Under the pieces are notes generated by a model. It did no database searches and was not told the origin of the DNA. It saw nothing but the letters and a program-made list of their open reading frames with translations. Both the position numbers and the translations under genes were made by a program. Positions 9,421 through 17,900 of a DNA stretch of 51,185 bases are shown piece by piece (positions within the stretch are counted from its first letter, which is position 1; each line of letters opens with the position of its first letter). This stretch comes from Oculatellaceae cyanobacterium bins.114 (GTDB taxonomy: Bacteria > Cyanobacteriota > Cyanobacteriia > Elainellales > Elainellaceae), in the NCBI GenBank assembly GCA_033764315.1, contig JANRJA010000179.1, forward strand, positions 1 through 51,185, in the 5' to 3' direction.

Positions 9421-10287
9421 ATGAAAACTCAAATGCCGCCATCAATCTCGCTTGTGGAACCTGAACAACGACCCACCAAACCATCTCGTCAGCGACGATC
9501 CGTATTTTGGCGAATTCGGAACGACATCCCCAAACGACTCTATTACACCCTGATGGCACTTTCGCTCTTGGTGCCCGTGTTGGGCTGGGCCGTGTTGACC
9601 TACGGAGGTTTTGTAGAACCGTTGTTTTTGCCAACTCCAGGCGGGGTGATTCAACAAGCGATCGCCCTATTACAAAGTGGTGAATTGGTTCACCATGCTC
9701 TGACCAGTATTTCTAGAGTTGCCTGGGGCTTCCTATTTTCAGCATTGATCAGCGTTCCATTGGGGCTGTTGATTGGCACTTTCAAAAGTATGGAAGGACT
9801 ATTTGAGCCGATCGTTGCCCTGTTGCGATATATGCCTGCCGCTGCCTTTATTCCGTTGATTATTTTGTGGGTAGGCTTGGGAGAACCTTCAAAAGTGGTG
9901 ATTATCTTTTTGGGTAGTTTCTTCTACAACACCTTGATGATTGCCGATGCGGTTAAATTCATTCCAGATGACTTTCTTAAAGCTGCCTACACGATGGGAG
10001 TGAGCCGTCGAGATGTGTTTTTGCATGTCATTTTTCCGGCAACACTACCAAATATTATCGATACACTTCGCATTAACGTTGCTGGAGCTTGGAACTTTGT
10101 AGTCGTCGCTGAATTGGTTGGAGCCAACTCAGGATTAGGCAACATGATTATGATGGCTCAACGCTTTTTGAAAACAGATGAGATTTTTGTTGGCATTATT
10201 CTGATCGGCTTGATCGGGCTAGGCATTGACTTTATCTTTAAACTCATCTTTAAGCTGACCGTTCCTTGGGCGGTCAACAAAGGATAG
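9421..10287 (+). CDS. ABC transporter permease (NitT/TauT)
   Basis: Multiple TM helices; EAA-like loop KAAYTMG; VVAELVGANSGLG. Confidence 0.95.
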   Translation: MKTQMPPSISLVEPEQRPTKPSRQRRSVFWRIRNDIPKRLYYTLMALSLLVPVLGWAVLTYGGFVEPLFLPTPGGVIQQAIALLQSGELVHHALTSISRVAWGFLFSALISVPLGLLIGTFKSMEGLFEPIVALLRYMPAAAFIPLIILWVGLGEPSKVVIIFLGSFFYNTLMIADAVKFIPDDFLKAAYTMGVSRRDVFLHVIFPATLPNIIDTLRINVAGAWNFVVVAELVGANSGLGNMIMMAQRFLKTDEIFVGIILIGLIGLGIDFIFKLIFKLTVPWAVNKG

Positions 10288-10297
10288 ACCGCAACTC

Positions 10298-11164
10298 ATG
10301 GACTTATTGCTATTACGCACCGTATGGTCGGGTTCCAGCCATCTAGATGAGTTAGTAGAACAAACTGTTGCGGCGGGCTTCAACGGCATTGAAGGCCCCA
10401 TTCCCAAAGATGACTCGCAACGGCAGGTCTTGCGCCAATTCTTGAGCGATCGCCAACTTGCCTTTATTGCTGAAGCGACCACAGGGACTGATTTTGATAG
10501 TGAACGAGATTGGTGGATACCCAAGAGCGATCGCACCCTTGACGATCATCTCAACGACCTGAAGTGGACGGTCGATCATGCGGCTGAGATGGGTGCACTC
10601 TTTGTATCAACGATGTGTGGCTACGATGCCTGGTCATGGCAGCAAAATGTTGACTTTTTTGGGCGTGCCTTAGAACTAGAACACGCATCTGGTATGACTA
10701 TTAGCTTTGAAACCCATCGCAGTCGATCGCTGTTTAACCCCTGGATCACTCGCGATCTGCTGCTGCACTTTCCTAAGATGAAGTTAACCTGTGACTTTAG
10801 CCACTGGTGTGTCGTGTGTGAGCGGTTGATTGATTCTGAGTGGTCAATTTTAGAACTGTGCGCTCAGCGAGCCATGCACATTCACTGTCGTGTTGGCTAT
10901 GCTCAGCATGCCCAGGTAACTGATCCGCGTGCTCCAGAATATGCAACGGCTCTAGCGGCTCACGAGCGTTGGTGGAACCTGATTTGGCAGGCACAGGCGC
11001 AACGTGGTATGGCTCAAGTAACCATGACTCCAGAATTTTTGTGGGACGGCTATATGCAAACGTTACCCTTTACCAAACAGCCTATTGCAGATGTGTGGGA
11101 AATTACTTGCTGGGTAGCAGAACGGCAGCGACAGCAGTTTGGTCACTGTTTTTCTGGGGTTTAA
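10298..11164 (+). CDS. Sugar phosphate isomerase/epimerase-like TIM-barrel protein (AP endonuclease 2 fold)
   Basis: GFNGIE, FETHR, TCDFSHW, HIHCRVG and TPEF metal-ligand motifs. Confidence 0.8.
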   Translation: MDLLLLRTVWSGSSHLDELVEQTVAAGFNGIEGPIPKDDSQRQVLRQFLSDRQLAFIAEATTGTDFDSERDWWIPKSDRTLDDHLNDLKWTVDHAAEMGALFVSTMCGYDAWSWQQNVDFFGRALELEHASGMTISFETHRSRSLFNPWITRDLLLHFPKMKLTCDFSHWCVVCERLIDSEWSILELCAQRAMHIHCRVGYAQHAQVTDPRAPEYATALAAHERWWNLIWQAQAQRGMAQVTMTPEFLWDGYMQTLPFTKQPIADVWEITCWVAERQRQQFGHCFSGV

Positions 11165-11451
11165 TGAGTCGGTTCTTGCCAAGTGTTAAGCGATCGCGGA
11201 AACTGTTTCTCTGGAAACAGTTTCTCTATCGTCTTTTTGCGCAATGTCGATCAGAGGCAGAAGACCAATAGCTACGAAGTCTGGGTAGCAAAGTACTTCT
11301 GCCATTAGCCCTGAAATTTATTTCGGGACAAGTCAGCAATGAAGCAATCAACCTTGTCTCCCAGGACATGAGTTTCCTGGCTCAAAGCCAACATCCTCTC
11401 AAGAAAACTAGACTTGTTTTTGTAGTCACGATTTTAACGGCTAAAAACTTC

Positions 11452-12507
11452 TCAGACATTACCTGAAACATTGAGCTTTAGCCAATCAAGCGGTTCTCTG
11501 AGGATCAGAAAAGAAACCCCCACTCCCCCAGCAAACTGATCCAAATTCAAGCCATCGTTGGTATCAATCACCGTTCCTCCGCCTCGAAACAAACGATGAA
11601 TGCGAAACTGATGATAGTTTTTTATCAAACGATCGAGCGTTATATGCTGGCGATCGCCCGGTAAATAGAGTTCAGCATCCAGTTGAGGCAACAAATACCA
11701 GGGACAGTGAATAACGCGATGATGGGCATTGTGATAGCCAAAATTGAGAAACAGCAGGTTTAACCAACGCCAGCGACCCAATATCACATTGGAATAGGTA
11801 TTTGCTTCTTCATACTCCAAACTATATTGAGGTAGGGATTGCCCCAATTGAAATACCGCGTAGGTATGTTGAAAGCAATCCATGAATCGCAAGATGTTAA
11901 TGAAACAGATGTAAGCCAAGAAATATAGCAAGAGCGATCGCCAGGAATAGTATCCTAAAGCAACAAAAAGACTTCCTCTGACCAAAAGCAATCCTAACGT
12001 TCGCTGACGCTCACTCCGACGGGCTTGACCTAAAAAAGGAGCTACGATGCAAAGCCAGCGCAAGATCAAATTAACAGCTGGAAAATACAGCCACTCCAAA
12101 ACAACAATTAACTGCATCAATGGCTTTGGCAGCGATCGAAGAAAACCAGTAATTGAGAATGCAGAAAAGTCAGCTCGGTTTTTATGATGGGCTAAATGAT
12201 TGCGAGCTAAATCTTGAAACCGACAATAGCATGAGCCTATCAGAAACAGCATAATATTGCCAAATAAAACGTTCATATAAGGCTGCCGAAAAACAATGCC
12301 ATGAGCCAACTCATGTACAAAATAAGCTGCCCAAATTAACGTATGAATCAGCAGAAAAACACCTAGAACATTAATTGTTAAAGATTTAGAGCTAATACAG
12401 ATCAGGGCAAAGACATAGCCAATGAGAACGTAGGACAACGCTAACCTATTGATTCCATAGGAGCGATTACTAATCCTGGACATTAGATCGGAAGAAACAG
12501 GAGACAT
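11452..12507 (-). CDS. Membrane fatty acid desaturase-superfamily di-iron enzyme (paralog 2)
   Basis: HELAH, HLAHH and HNAHH boxes; shares LEWLYFP, NLLFLNFGYHNAHH and GGVGVSFL with paralog 1. Confidence 0.9.
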   Translation of the reverse strand: MSPVSSDLMSRISNRSYGINRLALSYVLIGYVFALICISSKSLTINVLGVFLLIHTLIWAAYFVHELAHGIVFRQPYMNVLFGNIMLFLIGSCYCRFQDLARNHLAHHKNRADFSAFSITGFLRSLPKPLMQLIVVLEWLYFPAVNLILRWLCIVAPFLGQARRSERQRTLGLLLVRGSLFVALGYYSWRSLLLYFLAYICFINILRFMDCFQHTYAVFQLGQSLPQYSLEYEEANTYSNVILGRWRWLNLLFLNFGYHNAHHRVIHCPWYLLPQLDAELYLPGDRQHITLDRLIKNYHQFRIHRLFRGGGTVIDTNDGLNLDQFAGGVGVSFLILREPLDWLKLNVSGNV

Positions 12508-12545
12508 TCAATACTCCAGCTATGAAAGTAATCTCTTCAAAAATT

Positions 12546-12586
12546 GGTAGTCCTCTAAAAGTAATGATTTTTGAGTAAGGACTACC
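12546..12586 (+). repeat. Imperfect palindromic repeat, copy 2
   Basis: GGTAGTCCT...AGGACTACC; first 36 bp identical to 1297-1332. Confidence 0.9.
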
Positions 12587-12607
12587 CAAGAATTCAACAT
12601 AAAAGCC

Positions 12608-12651
12608 AAGCTAAATGAATTCCCGAATATCAAACTGTTACTTTTAATACA
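12608..12651 (-). promoter_or_regulatory. NtcA-type promoter for desaturase paralog 2
   Basis: Minus strand TGTATTAAAAGTAACA (GTA-N8-AAC, 12637-12650), 23 nt spacer, then -10 TAGCTT. Confidence 0.55.
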
Positions 12652-12727
12652 AAAGTAAACAAGTAAAAAATGCCTGCTAAAATCTGAAAACACAGGCTAA
12701 AAACTTACTATTTCCTGGAGAGGTTTA

Positions 12728-13219
12728 GTGCAGCCAGAATCTACCCCAAATCCAATTTCAACGCTGGATGAGATTGATCAAGACATCATTAACTTGCTCC
12801 GCATTGATGGACGCATGTCATTCACTGAAATTGGCAAGCGATTAAATATGCCAGAAGCAACGGCACGTTATCGAGTCCAGCGACTCCTGCAATCTGGAAT
12901 TGTTCAAGTTTTGGCATGGCCCAACCTCGAAAAACTAGGCACTCCTCATGTAGTGATTGTTTCTTTAGTCGTTGAAAACAGTCATATCGATTCTGTGGCA
13001 AAAGCTTTAGAACAAATGGTAGAAGTACGTTTTGTTGCCATTACCACAGGTCACTATGACATCATTGCCGATGTTTTCTTTGGCAATTATGCCGAAGTCA
13101 CACTCTTCTTTGAAAAGATGAAACAGATTCCTGGAATTATTCGGCAGGACTCACACTTCATTTTAAAGTTATTGAAAGCTGAGTACAAGTACACCTTCTC
13201 TCGAGGAGAAGACAAGTGA
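12728..13219 (+). CDS. Lrp/AsnC family transcriptional regulator
   Basis: LDEIDQDIINLLRIDGRMSFTEIG HTH; C-terminal TGHYD ligand-binding domain. Confidence 0.95.
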   Translation: MQPESTPNPISTLDEIDQDIINLLRIDGRMSFTEIGKRLNMPEATARYRVQRLLQSGIVQVLAWPNLEKLGTPHVVIVSLVVENSHIDSVAKALEQMVEVRFVAITTGHYDIIADVFFGNYAEVTLFFEKMKQIPGIIRQDSHFILKLLKAEYKYTFSRGEDK

Positions 13220-13529
13220 TCTAAACTCTAAAGCATGATAAGCAGTCTCACAACAAGCAGGCTACCAAGAAGCGGGTTAACAATCTTGTCAATTCTGCTT
13301 ACCTTCTTGCCAAAAAAGTATGCTAAAAAGCGTTTCAAGTGTTTTAAACGTCGAGTTTTCAAAAAAACTTCTTTCCAAAATTTTGTAAATTCAGGAAATC
13401 TGAATTCGCTGAGTTATAACTTCATAAATTATGATTGAACGGTTTTACTGGAAAATGACTTGTCAGGGTGTCCCAATAGGTGACCTATTTCAGAAACTAT
13501 TTGAATAATACAAGACTAATAATTCAAGA

Positions 13530-13826
13530 CTAATGATGTGAGACGCTATGGGAACTTGCATCAACACAGTGTCCTACGCTATGGCTGGCACAATGACTTG
13601 CCTCACTTGTCGCATGACCCACATGATGGCTCCCATAGCTAGCGATCGAGTCAGCAGCTTGCAGATTATCATGTCCGTCTGACGCTGTCGAGGTATCGGA
13701 TGCCATCAAATCAACTTGTGGATTGGGTCTAGTCAATAGTCTGTGCCGATTACGATACAAATCCAAACAAAAACAACCAATACCTACAACCATCAAGGAG
13801 CCAATCAGCAGTGGAATCAGTTGCAT
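13530..13826 (-). CDS. Small membrane-anchored protein with His/Ser-rich tail
   Basis: N-terminal hydrophobic helix from MQLIPLLIG; tail SHHVGHATSEASHCASHSVGHCVDASSHSVSHH. Confidence 0.6.
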   Translation of the reverse strand: MQLIPLLIGSLMVVGIGCFCLDLYRNRHRLLTRPNPQVDLMASDTSTASDGHDNLQAADSIASYGSHHVGHATSEASHCASHSVGHCVDASSHSVSHH

Positions 13827-13891
13827 AAGGCTAGACTCAATGCAGTTTGACCCATTATAACCTCGCCTGAAATGATGTCTAGTCGTGTTGC

Positions 13892-14517
13892 TCAACCACC
13901 ACAGCGTCTCACTTGGGCAGCACTGAGCACAATTTGATCAATAGCTTGTGTCATCACCGCCCCTGATTGTCTGGGTTGGTTGACTACAATGCTAAAGGCG
14001 ATCGCTCCACAAGAGGAATTCTCTAAATTGCCAGACAACGCTCTGACCCCTTGCAGGGTGCCAGTTTTCGCGTGAATCCTTCCTTGGACTGGCGTATTCC
14101 GAAAGTGATTTCGCCAAGTTCCATTCACCCTTGCCACGGCCAAAGAACGATAAAATAATCCCGGGTATACATGCCTTTGAGCAATGCCACAAAGGTAGAC
14201 GGTTTGGCCCGATTGTGGCGCGATCGCCCTGACCCGTCTACTTGAGCATAACTATCAGGATTAACCCTCAACACAGTCAACACTTGCCTAACAACTGTTT
14301 GTCTCCCAATGCGTCTCAAAAAATTATTAGCAGAGGCATTATTGCTATCTCGATTGACAACTGTGAGCCATGCTTTTAAAGAATTTAACCATTGAGGCGT
14401 GCGATCGCTTATCACCTGCAACGCAGCAACTGTAGTCAGAAGTTTGATGTTTGAGGCTGGACTAAAAGAAACATCTGAGTTGTGGTGATAGAGCACGGTT
14501 GACTCTGAAACAGGTTC
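13892..14517 (-). pseudogene. dacB: D-alanyl-D-alanine carboxypeptidase (peptidase S13) pseudogene
   Basis: ASNIK (SxxK), SNN and DGSG in one frame; AKTGT in another; frameshift near 14152; N-terminus and signal peptide missing. Confidence 0.85.
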
Positions 14518-14551
14518 TTATCAGGCTCTTTTTAAATCTCTACCTCCAGGT

Positions 14552-14572
14552 AGTGACAGGCGGTATGTCACT
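14552..14572. promoter_or_regulatory. Inverted-repeat operator upstream of the XRE gene
   Basis: AGTGACA-N7-TGTCACT. Confidence 0.55.
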
Positions 14573-14637
14573 TGTCCTACTTTTTGGGGTATGCCTGTGG
14601 CGTTATGCCATGACAAAAAGATCCTCTATCAATCTCG

Positions 14638-14889
14638 TTGGTGATGTCATTAGAAATTGCTGATTTAATTCGAGAGCTTCGACAACAACTTGGCCTCTCT
14701 CAAGAAAAGTTGGCTGCTAAATTAGGGGTTTCATTCCGCACCGTCAATCGTTGGGAAAACAGGCATTCTGTGCCTTCCTCACTGGCTCTAAAGCAGGTTG
14801 AGGGATTGCTGCACCAGATGAGTTGCTCATCGAAGGTGACCGTCAGTGAACGTAGCAAGGATTTGCTAGCTAAGTATTTTTCAGAATAA
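14638..14889 (+). CDS. XRE/Cro-C1 HTH transcriptional regulator
   Basis: IRELRQQLGLSQEKLAAKLGVSFRTVNRWEN. Confidence 0.92.
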   Translation: MVMSLEIADLIRELRQQLGLSQEKLAAKLGVSFRTVNRWENRHSVPSSLALKQVEGLLHQMSCSSKVTVSERSKDLLAKYFSE

Positions 14890-14901
14890 GGGGTAGAAAC
14901 G

Positions 14902-17900
14902 GTGACGCAGGACGCAGAAACGACAGTTGCTGAAACCCTTTTTATTGGTGGTGGCGAAATGGGGGCGTTGATGCGCTCTTATGATTGGTCAAAAACCCCG
15001 TTTGGAGCCGTTGAACAGTGGCCTCAAAGCTTGCGATCGGCCCTCAGTATTTGTCTAAATTCACGCTTCCCGATCGCCATCTATTGGGGTTCAAGCTGTT
15101 TGTTACTCTACAACGATGCGTGGCGACCGATTGTTGGTGACAAACACCCCTGGTCACTGGGTCGCCCTGGGCAGGAGGTCTGGTCTGAGATTTGGGACGA
15201 TATTGGACCAGAGTTTGCCAGTGTTTTAGCAACCGGGGAAGGCATCTTTCACAATGATGAACTGTTGGCAATGCATCGGTTTGGCTATACCGAAGAGTGC
15301 TTCTTTGACTACACCTTCAGCCCTATTCAAGGGGAAGGGGGCACCATAGATGGAGTTTTTAACGTTGTTAGTGAGACGACCTATCGGGTTTTAAGCGATC
15401 GCCGGACTCAATTTTTGCGTGAGATGGCATCTAAAACCGGAACTGCAAAGACGGTTGAAGAGACCTGTAGGTTAATGACAGAGGCACTTAAAACCGATCC
15501 AACTGACATTCCGATCGCGCTAATCTATCTGATTGACGCCGATGGCAACTATGCTCGCCTATGCAACACCCCTGAGGTTACATTAGACAGCTCTGTAGCC
15601 CCCAGGGCGATCGCTCTAACAGAGGAGAGTCAGGATAGTTGGCTCGTTGCTCTCACGGCTCAGACGGCTCAAGCTCAAGTAGTCGATGACTTAGAGAGAC
15701 GATTTGGAAAACTGTCGGGTAGCCCCTGGTCAGAGCCACCTCAAGAGGCAATGGTGTTACCCATCTCTGGATCTGGACAAGCTAAGCTGTCGGGGGTGTT
15801 GGTTGCGGTGGCCAGTCCACGCCGCCGATTGGACGATCACTACCGCGATTTCTTAGGACAAGTTGCTAGACAAATTGCAACGGCGATCGCCAATGCCCGT
15901 TCCTATGAAGAAGAGCGGCAGCGAGCAGAGCAATTGGCCGAACTTGATCGAGCAAAAACCCTGTTTTTCTCAAACATCAGTCATGAGTTTCGCACTCCCC
16001 TGACTTTGATGCTGGGGCCAGCAGAGGATGCGTTGCAAGATGCCCAAGATGCAGAACAGCGCGATCGCCTGGAACTGATTCATCGAAACGCTCTGCGCTT
16101 GCAAAAGCTAGTCAACACGCTACTTGATTTCTCACGGATTGAAGCCGGACGAATTGAAGCAACTTATCAGCTAACCGATCTGGCAACATTGACCGCTGAT
16201 TTGGCAGGAGTCTTTCGCGCTGGCATTGAACGCGCCGGGATGCGCTTACAGGTAGACTGTCCCCCCTTACCTGAACCCGTGTATGTCGATCGCGACATGT
16301 GGGAAAAGATTGTTCTAAATTTGCTCTCTAATGCCTTCAAATTTACCTTTGAGGGAGAGATTAGAGTGCGTTTACACTGGGGAGATAGGGCAAGCATTTC
16401 CCCCCATGATTCAGCCTCTTCCTACGGCGCGATACTTGAAGTGTGTGACACAGGAGCAGGAATTCCGCCTCATGAAGTGCCTCATATTTTTGAACGGTTT
16501 CATCGGGTGCAAGGAGCCAGGGGACGGACTTACGAAGGCTCAGGAATTGGGCTGTCGTTGGTGCAAGAATTGGTCAAACTACACGGTGGCACAATTCAGG
16601 TTCACAGTGTGGTTGAACAGGGAACATGCTTCACCGTAACCATTCCGGCTGGGTCAGATCATCTGCCAAGTCACCGCATTGAAGCCCCTCACACGGCTGC
16701 ATCAACCGCTATTGGAGCAGCCCCTTACATTGAAGAAGCATTACGCTGGCTCCCAGAGCAAGAGCGTGAGGGTGAGGGTGAGGGTGGGTGGATCGGTGAA
16801 GAACTGGCTCAAACGCCTCAATCCATGCCCTCATCGGCTCATCGACCCAGGCTTCTCTTAGCGGATGACAACGCCGACATGCGCGACTATTTGAAGCGGT
16901 TATTGAGTCAGCACTATGACGTAGAAGCGATCGCTGACGGAGTTGCGGTACTCGCTGCCATTCGTCAACAGATGCCTGATCTGCTCTTAACCGATGTTAT
17001 GATGCCGGGATTAAACGGGTTTGAGTTATTGCGATCGCTCCGGGCTGATCAAGCGACTCAAGACCTTCCTATCATCTTGTTGTCAGCCCGTGCGGGTGAA
17101 GAAGCGCGAATCGAAGGATTGGCAGCCGGAGCCGATGATTATCTGACAAAGCCATTTTCAGCACGTGAATTGTTGGCACGGGTAGAAGCCACGTTGAAGC
17201 TATCGCATCTGCGGCACGAGGTCAATGCTGCTATTCAACGCAGTGAGGAGCGATCGCGGTTGGCGATTCAGATTGCTCAATTGGGCACCTGGCGTTACGA
17301 CCCCAAGACTCAGCTTGTCGAGTTAGACAAACGCATGTGTGAGATTTGGGGTGAGCCAGTGGATGCAGCCGTGTTGCCACTCTCACAAGTGATGCAGCGG
17401 ATTCACCCAGACGATCGCACCCTGGTAGCCCATACTGTCGGTGCTGCGCTTGATCCGAGTTCTTCGGGGATGTATGAGATTGACTATCGAATTGTGTGGA
17501 ATGACGGCACTGAACGGTGGATATTAGCGAATGGGCAGGCCCTGTTTGTTGGAGAAGGAGAAAATCGCCAAGTCATTGAGTTTTTGGGAACGGCCCTCGA
17601 CATTAGCGATCGCAAACAAGCCGAAACGGCCCTCAAGGAAAGCCAAGCCTTATTTGAGGCATTTATGCGCTATTCTCCTGCAACTGCCTTTATTAAAGAC
17701 GAGACAGGGCGATATCTCTATGTCAATCCGTTAAACGAACGCCTCTGCAATCGTCCTTTAGCAGATTGGGTGGGCAAAACTGATTTTGATTTATTTCCAG
17801 CCGACGAAGCTCAGCAATGGCATCATAATGACTTAGCCGCATTGGCATCAGAACAAGCGATCGAGATTGCCGAAACGCGATCGCTTGCGGATGGCGAACA

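Noticed and set aside
2689-12507. Cluster as a secondary-metabolite or lipid biosynthesis locus
   Set aside because: No ACP, acyl-activating, PKS or NRPS genes; the importer and NtcA sites favour uptake and catabolism, though biosynthesis is not formally excluded
13235-13438. 67-aa ORF after the Lrp gene
   Set aside because: AT-rich intergenic-like sequence with no motif or clear RBS
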